The notes: a model not told the origin generated them from the letters alone. Shown: positions 20,131 through 28,431, numbered from the stretch's first letter. The stretch: DNA of 33,316 nucleotides from an uncultured Bacteroidales bacterium (GCA_902803195.1 CADCOX010000046.1:1-33316); one strand, 5' to 3'. Translations and numbers: made by a program.

Positions 20131-20164
20131 AGAGCCTCTCTCACAAAGAAGTGGGAAAGGCTCT
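20131..20164 (-). terminator. candidate attenuator/terminator hairpin in the leuA leader
   Basis: Minus-strand RNA AGAGCCUUUCCCAC-UUCUUU-GUGAGAGAGGCUCU (7 perfect pairs plus 6 of 7 more, including one G-U), followed by UGUUUUAAAU. Sits between the leader ORF stop and the leuA ATG. Confidence 0.5.
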
Positions 20165-20188
20165 GATACGTTATCTCTTCGTTCGTCG

Positions 20189-20269
20189 TCAAGCACTGAC
20201 CACACTTCCGTTCTGCTCACGCAGTCGGATGCTAAGAATGGCCAGGATGATGGCGTCTGAATATACCAT
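20189..20269 (-). CDS. candidate 26-aa Ile/Leu-rich leader peptide of the leu operon (not in ORF track)
   Basis: My translation: MVYSDAIILAILSIRLREQNGSVVSA*. Residues 7-16 (IILAILSIRL) are 7/10 Ile or Leu. The ATG lies 29 nt downstream of a TACTTTTG -7 box. Confidence 0.5.
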   Translation of the reverse strand: MVYSDAIILAILSIRLREQNGSVVSA

Positions 20270-20297
20270 AATTATTATAATTGTTTGAAATCGGCGA

Positions 20298-20305
20298 CAA
20301 AAGTA
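20298..20305 (-). promoter_or_regulatory. Bacteroidota -7 box TACTTTTG (minus strand) for the leu leader
   Basis: Plus-strand CAAAAGTA at 20298-20305, correctly spaced before the leader ATG at 20269. Confidence 0.5.
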
Positions 20306-20390
20306 GTGGTTTCTGCTTACAAATGCAAATAAAATGGCACTTTTTTGAAGGAAACAGTCATTTTATGTGTATTGCGCAAGGCGATGCGGT

Positions 20391-23300
20391 TTAGAATCGA
20401 CCGCCTCCGCCGAAACCGCCGCCACCAAAGCCGCCGCCGCTACGATTTCCACCACCGCCACCGCCGCCGCGATTGCCGCCGTTGTTGCCTCCGCCACGCG
20501 GATTGCGGTTGCCACGGTCGCCGCCCTCGCCGCCTTCGAAGATATCACTTCCCTCGTCGAGGTTGCGGTCGCGGTTCCTGGAAATTCCACGGCCACCGAA
20601 TACATTGAAGCGATAGGTAAACGTAAGCATTCCGTAGGAGGTGATGCGCTCGCTGTCGGAGTCGGTACGGGCGGTGGCGCTGATATTACGGTTCACCATG
20701 TCGCGTTGTCCGAGAATATCATTCCAGCGGAGGGTGAGGATGGCCTGACGACGCTTGAGGAACGAGAACGAAGCCTGTGCGTTCCAGATCCATTGGTTGG
20801 TGTTCATGATGGCTTCGGCAAAACCGCGACGGCTGTTCTGGTTGATGTCGGTCGAAATATTGAGGCCGAACCAGAAGTTGTAGTTGGCGCTCATTCCATA
20901 CGAGAAGTTGTAGGTGTCGAGGTTCGAGGCGGCTGTGGCTGTAGCGCGGTTGCGTTGGTAGCCGAAGTTGGCGTTCAAGTTGATCTCGAAGTTGTCCTTC
21001 GTGTAAGTGGTGCCGTAGTCCTCGGCCTCGGGGTCGCCGTGGTCGATCTCGTCGCGGAAGGTGAAACGCAAGCCTTGACGGACATTATTGGAATTCACTA
21101 CGTTCTTGATAGTGGCCTGCTCCTCAGAGCGATACACATAACCATTGGATGTGGTATGGTTGTAAGAAGAGTTGGTATTGATGCGGAATCGCTGGTCCTT
21201 CAGTGCCGTATTGAAGTTGAAGTTTGTGCCGGCGTTCCAGTTGCCGTTGATGTTCACGGGCATGGTCACACGTCCGCCCGTCTTGTCGTTGTACTCGGTG
21301 CGGCTGGCGGTGGCGTTCCGAGTGGTTCTGAAGTTGATGTTGTAGTTGTAGGACCGCTGGTAGTCGGGCTGCGAGAGACGCCATTCGGCATTTGCTGAGT
21401 GAGTGAACGACGGGCTCAACTCGGGGTTACCCAGGCGGATGGCCAGCGGGTTGGCGTTGGAGAGCGTATCAGGGATGAGGTCGGTGATGCCCGGCTGTCC
21501 TGAGTTGCCGCCGTAGCGCGCCTCCACTTGATGCTGACGCGAGAAACGATAGCGGAAGTTGACTGTTGGTGACCAGTTGAAGAACGTGCGCTGCAGGTCA
21601 TAGTGCTTCCACCCTTTAGTGTAGTCGACGGCGTTGACTTGAGGTTGCAGGTTCAAGCCTACGTTGAAGCGTATCTTCGAGTTGATGAGGCGGTATTGGA
21701 GGCGGATGTCGTGGTTCTGATAGCGGTTCTCAGTGTAGTTGCATTGTGCAGTATCGGGCGTGGCGAAGTCGAGGTGGCCGTCGTAGTTGTCGATGCCAAG
21801 GAAGTAGCGATCCACGAAGGGATCAAAGATACTGGCGACGGTGCGGTCGCGGTCGTTGAAGCGATAGCTGTAGTTGTAGGAGATTTGCAGGAACTGCCCC
21901 GTTGCGATGGGCTCGTTGTAGGACACGCGGGCTGAGATGTTTTTACCTATATTGCGCGAGTCGTCGTACTGAATCTTATGGTAGATGGAGTCCTCGCCCG
22001 TGATGGCAAGAATCTGATAGTAATCGATTTGCGAGTAGCTACTTGAGTTTCCGTCGTTTTGGTTCAAGCCTCCGTTGATGTTGAAGGTAATATTGCGTCC
22101 GGGCTTCTTCAGGCGGCGGTTCAGTTGCAGCGAGAGCGAGCCGCTGATGGCGTCGGAGGCATTGCGGTTGGCGTTGAGGTTGTGGTTGACGCCTATGCTG
22201 CGCAGCTGTGAAAGTTGTTGCAATGGGTTTTCCACTAACTTGTAGGGGTCGTCGTTGAAGGTGGCGCTCTCCCCGCGGCTGTGGCTCCGGTTGCCGTTGA
22301 TGCTGAACTGCGGGCGCAGGAGTATGTTGGTCATTGTGTCGGGCTTCCACTCGATGCGCCAGTTGGTGTCGAACGAATTGCTGTGGCTGCCGTTGGAGTT
22401 CATGCGGTTGCTGTAGGCGGCATTGCGGTTCTCGAAGTTCTGCGAGTTGCTCCATGAGCGGCCCGACGACTGATTGAAACGGCCTGATGCGCCGCCGTTC
22501 AGTTCCAGTTTGTCCCATTCGAGATTGAGGCTGGCGGCCATGTCTTGGTTCTCTTGCATACCATTGCCGCTGGTGTTGTTGGCGTTGCCTACTATACCGG
22601 CTTTCTGCTTGTCGAGGAAACGGTAGACGTCGGCGTGCCCTGTGTAGCGGTCCTCGGTGCCATAGCCAGCTGTGACGCGCCCGAACCAGCCGCGTCGGCG
22701 GTCCTTTTTGATTTCGAGGTCGAGCACGGTCTGTTCTTCGCCATCATCGATACCCGTGATGCGGGCCAAGTCGCTCTGCTTCTCGTAGGCCTTCACTTTG
22801 TCAACAATCTCGGCAGGTATGTTGCGCAGCACCATCTGCTGGTTGTTGCCGAAGAACTCCTTGCCGTCGACCAGTATCTGACGGACCTCCTTGCCGTTGT
22901 GAGTGATTTTTCCGCTTTCGTCGATGACGATGCCGGGCAACTTCTTGATGAGTTCGTCCACCATAGCTCCGGGCGGGAGCGAGAAGGCAGCGGCATTATA
23001 GGCTACTGTGTCGTCGATGATGGTCATCTCGGGCATTTTCCCCTCCACGACGGCTTCTTTCATTATGGTTGCGTCTTCGCGCAAAAGGATATCATTGACT
23101 TTCTTGTTGCCGCCCTTGCCTGTGAGGTTAAGCGCAAACGACTGCGTTTTGAATCCCATGAACGACACCTTCAACGTGTATTTGCCGACGGGCACGCCGG
23201 GAATCATGAATTGTCCGTTACTAGTCGTCTGTCGGCCTGCAACCATCTTGCCTGTGGAGTCGTTCACAGTCACACTGGCGCCTGGCAGGCCTTTGAGTGT

Positions 23301-23417
23301 GCTGCTCTCGTAGACCGTTCCGCGAACGTTAAACCATTGTGCGGCAGCGGGCTCTGCTAAAAAAAAGAAGGCGATGAACAAGCTTGCCATCGCCATCATA
23401 GTTTGTCGTGTTGTCAT
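20391..23417 (-). CDS. outer-membrane beta-barrel family protein (CarboxypepD_reg-like N-domain, plug-like region, OMP_b-brl_3-type barrel) with Gly/Arg/Asn-rich C-terminal tail
   Basis: 1008 aa. Signal peptide MAMASLFIAFFFLAEPAAAQ. GTVYESSTLKGLPGASVTV...GKYTLKVSFMGFK regulatory-like domain. LPGIVIDESGKITHNGKEVRQILVDGKEFF motif. Tail ...GGEGGDRGNRNPRGGGNNGGNRGGGGGGGNRSGGGFGGGGFGGGGRF. Confidence 0.85.
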   Translation of the reverse strand: MTTRQTMMAMASLFIAFFFLAEPAAAQWFNVRGTVYESSTLKGLPGASVTVNDSTGKMVAGRQTTSNGQFMIPGVPVGKYTLKVSFMGFKTQSFALNLTGKGGNKKVNDILLREDATIMKEAVVEGKMPEMTIIDDTVAYNAAAFSLPPGAMVDELIKKLPGIVIDESGKITHNGKEVRQILVDGKEFFGNNQQMVLRNIPAEIVDKVKAYEKQSDLARITGIDDGEEQTVLDLEIKKDRRRGWFGRVTAGYGTEDRYTGHADVYRFLDKQKAGIVGNANNTSGNGMQENQDMAASLNLEWDKLELNGGASGRFNQSSGRSWSNSQNFENRNAAYSNRMNSNGSHSNSFDTNWRIEWKPDTMTNILLRPQFSINGNRSHSRGESATFNDDPYKLVENPLQQLSQLRSIGVNHNLNANRNASDAISGSLSLQLNRRLKKPGRNITFNINGGLNQNDGNSSSYSQIDYYQILAITGEDSIYHKIQYDDSRNIGKNISARVSYNEPIATGQFLQISYNYSYRFNDRDRTVASIFDPFVDRYFLGIDNYDGHLDFATPDTAQCNYTENRYQNHDIRLQYRLINSKIRFNVGLNLQPQVNAVDYTKGWKHYDLQRTFFNWSPTVNFRYRFSRQHQVEARYGGNSGQPGITDLIPDTLSNANPLAIRLGNPELSPSFTHSANAEWRLSQPDYQRSYNYNINFRTTRNATASRTEYNDKTGGRVTMPVNINGNWNAGTNFNFNTALKDQRFRINTNSSYNHTTSNGYVYRSEEQATIKNVVNSNNVRQGLRFTFRDEIDHGDPEAEDYGTTYTKDNFEINLNANFGYQRNRATATAASNLDTYNFSYGMSANYNFWFGLNISTDINQNSRRGFAEAIMNTNQWIWNAQASFSFLKRRQAILTLRWNDILGQRDMVNRNISATARTDSDSERITSYGMLTFTYRFNVFGGRGISRNRDRNLDEGSDIFEGGEGGDRGNRNPRGGGNNGGNRGGGGGGGNRSGGGFGGGGFGGGGRF

Positions 23418-23484
23418 AAGAAGGGGTCAATCTTTTTGTGGGTCGGCATTCTTATGACAGGGAAGAGGATGAAAGGTTTAATCC

Positions 23485-23634
23485 AGAGGGCCTAGATTCT
23501 CTAGAGGGCCTAGATTCTCTAGATATTCTAGATATTCTAGATATTCTAGATATTCTAGATTTTCTAGATACTCTAGATATTCTAGATTTTCTAGATATTC
23601 TAGATATTCTAGATATTCTAGATTTTCTAGATCT
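23485..23634. repeat. 9-bp TCTAGAnnn tandem array (16 CTAG cores in perfect phase)
   Basis: CTAG starts at 23492 and then every 9 bp to 23627. The first four units form two 18-bp doublets AGAGGGCCTAGATTCTCT. The rest are TCTAGATAT, TCTAGATTT or TCTAGATAC. Confidence 0.95.
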
Positions 23635-23640
23635 CTTGGT

Positions 23641-25005
23641 CTAATCTTGCTTGATTGCTTCGATGATGGCCTCTGCTTTCAGCTGACTTTGCTCGCCGGT
23701 CTGCATGTTCTTGAGGGTGAATACACCATCGGCCATCTCCGTCTCGCCCGCGAGTGCTACAAAAGGAATAGCGCGGGCGTTGGCATACTGCATCTGCTTT
23801 TTCATCTTGGCGGCGTCGGGATAGATCTCAGCGCGAATGCCGGCACGGCGGCAGGCAGCTAAGGCGGGTAGGGCATAGGCGGCCTCTGCTTCGCCGAAGT
23901 TCACGAACAGCAGTTGGGTGGCAGTGGTGATGGCTTCAGGGTAGAGGTCCAATTGGTTCAGGACGTCGTAGATGCGGTCGGCGCCGAAGGAGATGCCGAC
24001 GCCCGAGAGTCCCGGCATGCCGAAGATGCCCGTGAGGTTGTCGTAGCGACCTCCGCCTGTGATGCTGCCGATCTCCACGTCCAAGGCTTTCACCTCGAAG
24101 ATGCAACCCGTGTAGTAGTTCAGTCCGCGGGCCAGTGTCAGGTCGAGCTCCAGGGGCGCAGTGCCCATCTGCTCGTAGTGCTTCAGCACATACTCCACCT
24201 CGTCGATGCCTTTCAGTCCCGTCTCGCTGTCCTTCAGCACCTCGCGCATGGTAGCGAGCTTCTCGTCGTTGGAGCCGCTCAACTTGATGATGGGTTGCAG
24301 CCGCTCGATAGCTTCGGCAGGGATGCCGTCTTCGGCCAGTTCGGCGTTGACGGCGTCGAGTCCTATCTTGTCGAGTTTGTCAATGGCTACGGTTATTTCG
24401 ACAATCTTGTCGGCCTGCCCGATGAGTTCAGCGATGCCCGTGAGAATCTTGCGGTTGTTGATTTTGATGACAACGCGTATGCCGAAGCGGCAGAAGACCT
24501 CGTCGACAATCTGCATCAGTTCGACCTCATTGAGCAGCGAGTCGGAGCCAACGACGTCGGCGTCGCACTGGTAGAACTCGCGGTAGCGGCCTTTCTGCGG
24601 ACGATCGGCGCGCCACACGGGCTGAATCTGGAAACGGCGGAAAGGCATCGTCAGTTCCTCGCGGTGCTGCACAACATAGCGCGCAAAGGGCACCGTCAGG
24701 TCGTAGCGCAGGCCTTTCTCGCAGAGCTGAGCGGCCAACTTGGGCGAACCCTCGCCGGTCAGTTCGTTGGCGTCGATGCCTCTGAGGAAGTCGCCGCTAT
24801 TGAGAATCTTGAACAGCAGCTTGTCGCCTTCCTCGCCGTACTTGCCCATCAGCGTGGAGAGGTTCTCCATCGCTGGCGTCTCAATCTGGCGGAAGCCATA
24901 GAGCGCGTAGACGCTTCGGATGGTATCGAAAATATAGTTGCGGCGCGCCATCTCGGAAGGACCGAAGTCGCGCGTTCCTTTGGGAATACTGGGTTTCTGT
25001 GCCAT
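23641..25005 (-). CDS. hisS: histidine--tRNA ligase
   Basis: 454 aa. [12 protein letters not shown], the class II aaRS motifs and a C-terminal anticodon-binding domain. Confidence 0.93.
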   Translation of the reverse strand: MAQKPSIPKGTRDFGPSEMARRNYIFDTIRSVYALYGFRQIETPAMENLSTLMGKYGEEGDKLLFKILNSGDFLRGIDANELTGEGSPKLAAQLCEKGLRYDLTVPFARYVVQHREELTMPFRRFQIQPVWRADRPQKGRYREFYQCDADVVGSDSLLNEVELMQIVDEVFCRFGIRVVIKINNRKILTGIAELIGQADKIVEITVAIDKLDKIGLDAVNAELAEDGIPAEAIERLQPIIKLSGSNDEKLATMREVLKDSETGLKGIDEVEYVLKHYEQMGTAPLELDLTLARGLNYYTGCIFEVKALDVEIGSITGGGRYDNLTGIFGMPGLSGVGISFGADRIYDVLNQLDLYPEAITTATQLLFVNFGEAEAAYALPALAACRRAGIRAEIYPDAAKMKKQMQYANARAIPFVALAGETEMADGVFTLKNMQTGEQSQLKAEAIIEAIKQD

Positions 25006-25036
25006 TGTCAGTCGTTCTTTCTTTTGAAATCGGGTG

Positions 25037-25044
25037 CAAAGTTA
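25037..25044 (-). promoter_or_regulatory. Bacteroidota -7 box TAACTTTG (minus strand) for hisS
   Basis: Plus-strand GGGTGCAAAGTTA is TAACTTTGCACCC on the minus strand, about 32 nt upstream of the hisS ATG at 25005. Confidence 0.55.
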
Positions 25045-25086
25045 CAAAAAACTCTTCATCCGACCTTCATTCTCACGACTTTTTTA

Positions 25087-25094
25087 TAACTTTG
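25087..25094 (+). promoter_or_regulatory. Bacteroidota -7 box TAACTTTG for dinB (very short or absent leader)
   Basis: TAACTTTG ends 8 nt before the ATG at 25103. Confidence 0.45.
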
Positions 25095-25102
25095 TCCCAC
25101 AA

Positions 25103-26257
25103 ATGGACGGCCAACGTAAAATCATACATATCGACATGGACGCTTTTTTCGCCTCTGTCGAGCAGCGCGACAACCCCTCGTTGAGGGGCCGTCCCTTGGC
25201 TGTGGGCTATGACGGCCCCCGAGGTGTCGTCTCGACCGCCAGCTATGAGGCTCGCCGTTTTGGCGTTCATTCTGCCCAGGCCATGGCCACCGCCAAGCGT
25301 CTGTGCCCGTCGCTGGTCATCGTTCCTGGCCGTTACAGCGTCTACAAAGAGGTGTCGGCTCAAATGCACGATATCTTCCGCGAGTACACCGACCTCATCG
25401 AGCCGATTTCGCTTGACGAGGCTTTCCTGGATGTGACGGAGCCTAAGACAGGGCCGCAGCTGGCTACGGAGATAGCCCGCGAGATTAAGCAGAAGATACG
25501 CGAGCAGCTCCATCTTACCGCCTCTGCCGGCATCTCCTATTGCAAGTTCTTGGCCAAGATAGCGTCGGACCTTCACAAGCCCAACGGCCTAACGGTCATT
25601 CATCCCGCGCGTGCGCAGGCGTTCATTAATCAATTGCGCGTCGAGCGGCTATGGGGTGTAGGACCGCGAACCGCCGAGGCGTTGCATCGCTATGGCATCT
25701 TCACGGGTAAGGACCTGCATGAGCGGTCGCTGCTTTACTTGACCGAGCGTTTCGGGAAGATGGGCGCGGTTCTTTATAACTTTGCCCGCGGTATCGACAA
25801 TCGTCCCGTTCAGCCCACGCGCATCCGCAAGTCGGTCGGTTGCGAGCGCACGTTCGAGCATGACCTCCAGCATGAGGAGGAGTTCGAAGAGGCGCTCGCT
25901 CAAGCTGCCGACGAACTCGTTCGCCGCCTCGAACGGACTCATTTCCAAGGACAGACGCTCACGCTGAAGGTGAAATTCGCGGATTTCCATCAGATCACGC
26001 GCAGCCTCACGCTTGAGGGTCAGCAGACCATCGCCGCCGATGCTGATGCCATCCTCCCGTTGGCGCGGCAGCTGTTCTATGACTCGCAGGCGGCCGTGCT
26101 GTCCGTTCGTCTTATCGGGTTGACGGTCAGCTACTCGGCCAGTCAGGAGAGCGCCCTCGCTCATGCGCTCGCTGAGAATGCTGCCGACGGGCTCACAGAG
26201 CAGTGGGTGCAACTCGAATTGCCCTTCCGTCCGTGGGAAGAGGTGGATGACGAATAA
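25103..26257 (+). CDS. dinB: DNA polymerase IV (Y-family)
   Basis: Start chosen at MDGQRKIIHIDMDAFFASVEQRDNP, which matches the canonical DinB N-terminus. The track's upstream extension from 25034 has no family support. Confidence 0.9.
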   Translation: MDGQRKIIHIDMDAFFASVEQRDNPSLRGRPLAVGYDGPRGVVSTASYEARRFGVHSAQAMATAKRLCPSLVIVPGRYSVYKEVSAQMHDIFREYTDLIEPISLDEAFLDVTEPKTGPQLATEIAREIKQKIREQLHLTASAGISYCKFLAKIASDLHKPNGLTVIHPARAQAFINQLRVERLWGVGPRTAEALHRYGIFTGKDLHERSLLYLTERFGKMGAVLYNFARGIDNRPVQPTRIRKSVGCERTFEHDLQHEEEFEEALAQAADELVRRLERTHFQGQTLTLKVKFADFHQITRSLTLEGQQTIAADADAILPLARQLFYDSQAAVLSVRLIGLTVSYSASQESALAHALAENAADGLTEQWVQLELPFRPWEEVDDE

Positions 26258-26331
26258 TTCAATTTTCGCGAGTGCCTTAACTACTCATAACTCCCATAAA
26301 TTCAAAGCATAACCAATAAACATCCAGGGCT

Positions 26332-27150
26332 ATGAAAACTTTCCTTCGCATGCTTTTGCCTCTTCTTACGCTTGTGTTTTTCGCGCTCACGGCCTACGCG
26401 CAGAGCGTAACTGATGACGACGGCTTCGAATTGATTTTCGCCGATGAGTTTGACCTTCCAGACGGAAGCCGTCCCGACCCGTCCCGATGGCAGTCCTGCC
26501 CTCGCGAGGGTGCCACCTGGAGCCGGTGGATAAGCGATACGCTCGCCGTAGCTTACATCCAGGATGGCAGCCTTGTCTGCCGTGCCATCTTGGACCTCAG
26601 CAAAACGACGGCTCCCGCCACTATGCTTACAGGCGCCGTAGAGACCCGCGATCACTTCTCGTTCACTTACGGGAAGGTGGAGGTGCGACTACGCACCGAT
26701 CAGCACGCAGGCAACTTCCCTGCAGCTTGGATGATGCCTCAGCCGCCCTGCAAAGGATGGCCGCGCGGCGGCGAGATTGACATCTTCGAAACGATTGACA
26801 CTCAGGACACTTCCTATCATACCGTCCATTCCCATTGGACCTACAACCTCGGCCATCGCAACGAACCGCGGCACTCCTTCTAGCGTCCTACGACCGTTGG
26901 ACAATGGCATATCTACGGACTCGAATGGACCGAGGATTCCATGACTTGGACGGTCGACGGCAGCCCCGTCGGCTCCTATCGTCGGTCCACTGACCCCGAT
27001 GCTGTAGCCAACGGGCAATGGCCTTTCAACCATCCGTTCTATCTCATTCTCAATCAAAGCGTTGGCGATGGCACTTGGGCTAAGCCTGCCGATGTCCATT
27101 ATGTCTATAGCACGCGTTTCGACTGGGTTCGCGTCTACCAGCGCCGTTAG
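26332..27150 (+). pseudogene. glycoside hydrolase family 16 (beta-glucanase/laminarinase-like) gene interrupted by one in-frame TAG at 26881-26883
   Basis: Signal peptide MKTFLRMLLPLLTLVFFALTAYAQ. GH16 catalytic block GGEIDIFE. The track ORFs 26332-26883 and 26941-27150 are in the same frame. The 19 codons between them (RPTTVGQWHIYGLEWTEDS) continue the GH16 fold motif (W.IYGLEW....MTWTVDG). Confidence 0.8.
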
Positions 27151-27180
27151 TTTGTCGGCGTTTTCGGCCCTTTTGCCGCA

Positions 27181-27218
27181 GTTCGATAGCGCTCGGCGAT
27201 TTAGTCGCCGAGAAAACC
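27181..27218. repeat. third copy of the REP-like hairpin element
   Basis: GTTCGATAGCGCTCGGCGATTTAGTCGCCGAGAAAACC, nearly identical to 7247-7283. Lies 30 bp after the GH16 stop. Confidence 0.65.
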
Positions 27219-27273
27219 TCCATCCTTGTCCACTTTTTCCTCCTCAATTTGCACGCATATCCGCATAAATCAC

Positions 27274-27281
27274 TATCTTTG
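27274..27281 (+). promoter_or_regulatory. Bacteroidota -7 box TATCTTTG
   Basis: 28 nt upstream of the ATG at 27310. Confidence 0.5.
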
Positions 27282-27309
27282 CAGCGAAAAACCTATTGAT
27301 GACAGCTTT

Positions 27310-27804
27310 ATGAGAGCATTTGGAAAGCGTATTCTATGGCTCGCGTTCGCGTTGGCGCTCGTCGGTTGTGCGTCCCAGCAGGAGCGCGCCGAGCGGCGGG
27401 CTCGTACGCAGCAGGCGGTGGCTGAGGCCTTGGCCTCGCGCCAGTTGCGCATCAGCGTAACGTCCATGAGTTCGGCTCGTTATGGCACGCGAACCGTCTC
27501 TTTCGGTTGGGAACTCGAGGTGAAAGGCGACACGCTGGTCAGCTATTTGCCTTACCTCGGCCGCGTCTATCGGACCTCGGTGTTGCCGACGCCTATAGGC
27601 TTGAATTTTGAGGCACCCATTCTGGATTACCACGAGAGTCGCATGAAGTCTAATCACACTCGGCTCGACATTCGGGTCAAGACCGTCGAGGACGTTTACG
27701 ACTACGTCGTGGAGGTCTACGACACGGGCAAGGCGTCCATCTACGTCCGTGGGCAGTACCGCGACGCCATCACCTTCGACGGAGACGTCGTCACCGACAT
27801 ATAG
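27310..27804 (+). CDS. lipoprotein, DUF4251-like
   Basis: Start chosen at MRAFGKRILWLAFALALVGCASQ (lipobox LVGC). About 164 aa. The LPYLGRVY motif recalls DUF4251. The family call is from memory only. Confidence 0.6.
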   Translation: MRAFGKRILWLAFALALVGCASQQERAERRARTQQAVAEALASRQLRISVTSMSSARYGTRTVSFGWELEVKGDTLVSYLPYLGRVYRTSVLPTPIGLNFEAPILDYHESRMKSNHTRLDIRVKTVEDVYDYVVEVYDTGKASIYVRGQYRDAITFDGDVVTDI

Positions 27805-27830
27805 CCGTTCGTGTAGTCGAGTCAAAGCCT

Positions 27831-28412
27831 ATGCCTGTGGATAGACATCAGAATATGTCAGCCATCCGGTCGCGCAACACCACCCCCGAGTGGACGGTGC
27901 GGCGCTGGCTGTGGCATAGCGGTTTCCGCTATCGGCTGAACGACCGCCGTCTGCCCGGCCATCCCGATTTGGTGTTGCGGCGCTACCGAACGTGTGTGTT
28001 CGTGAACGGCTGCTTCTGGCATGGGCATAGGGTTGTCGAGACGAGGGCAGGAGAGGGGGGCGAAGGCACCGACGAACAGCTGCCCGTAGACTTGTTGAGC
28101 TCTGCTTGCTGCAAGATTCCGCATACGAACCGCGCCTTCTGGGTGGCCAAGATTAGGCGCAACCGCGAGCGCGACCAGCAGACACTGGAGCGGCTGCGCG
28201 AGATGGGATGGCATACGGTGACCGTCTGGGAGTGCGAGTTGAAGGGAGCGCAGCGCGAACAGACGCTGACGGCGCTCGTGAATACGCTCCGCGAGATTGG
28301 ACTGCGCGAACGGCCTGCCCCGAAGCCTACGGAGTACGACGATTACTACGACTTCGAACTGCCTGTAGCGGCCGAGCCGACGTTTTCTGACCCTTACAAG
28401 CAGAATGATTGA
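27831..28412 (+). CDS. vsr: very short patch repair endonuclease (Vsr) with an insertion in the zinc-loop region
   Basis: MSAIRSRNTTPE, LPGHPDLVL, NGCFWHGH, PHTNRAFWVAKIRRNRERD and TVWECEL all align with E. coli Vsr blocks. About 24 extra residues (RVVETRAGEGGEGTDEQLPVDLLSSA) lie between FWHGH and the next Cys. Confidence 0.85.
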   Translation: MPVDRHQNMSAIRSRNTTPEWTVRRWLWHSGFRYRLNDRRLPGHPDLVLRRYRTCVFVNGCFWHGHRVVETRAGEGGEGTDEQLPVDLLSSACCKIPHTNRAFWVAKIRRNRERDQQTLERLREMGWHTVTVWECELKGAQREQTLTALVNTLREIGLRERPAPKPTEYDDYYDFELPVAAEPTFSDPYKQND

Positions 28413-28423
28413 CAAAAAAAGCT

Positions 28424-28431
28424 TACCTTTG
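28424..28431 (+). promoter_or_regulatory. Bacteroidota -7 box TACCTTTG
   Basis: 32 nt upstream of the ATG at 28464. Confidence 0.5.

Noticed and set aside
20391-20540. GC-rich (GCC/GCCGCC)n simple-sequence tract as an independent repeat element.
   Set aside because: It is in frame with, and encodes, the Gly-rich C-terminal tail of the OM barrel protein. It is reported under that gene instead.
23438-23644. 68-aa ORF ending in LDSLDILDILDILDILDFLD...
   Set aside because: It is only the translation of the 9-bp TCTAGAnnn array. A 9-bp period keeps one frame open, and there is no promoter box or protein-like N-terminus.
26881-26883. Programmed recoding (for example pyrrolysine or read-through) or a frameshift at the GH16 interruption.
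   Set aside because: Both halves are in the same frame, so there is no frameshift. TAG terminates several well-supported genes in this window, and nothing suggests a Pyl system. Nonsense mutation or sequencing error is simpler.
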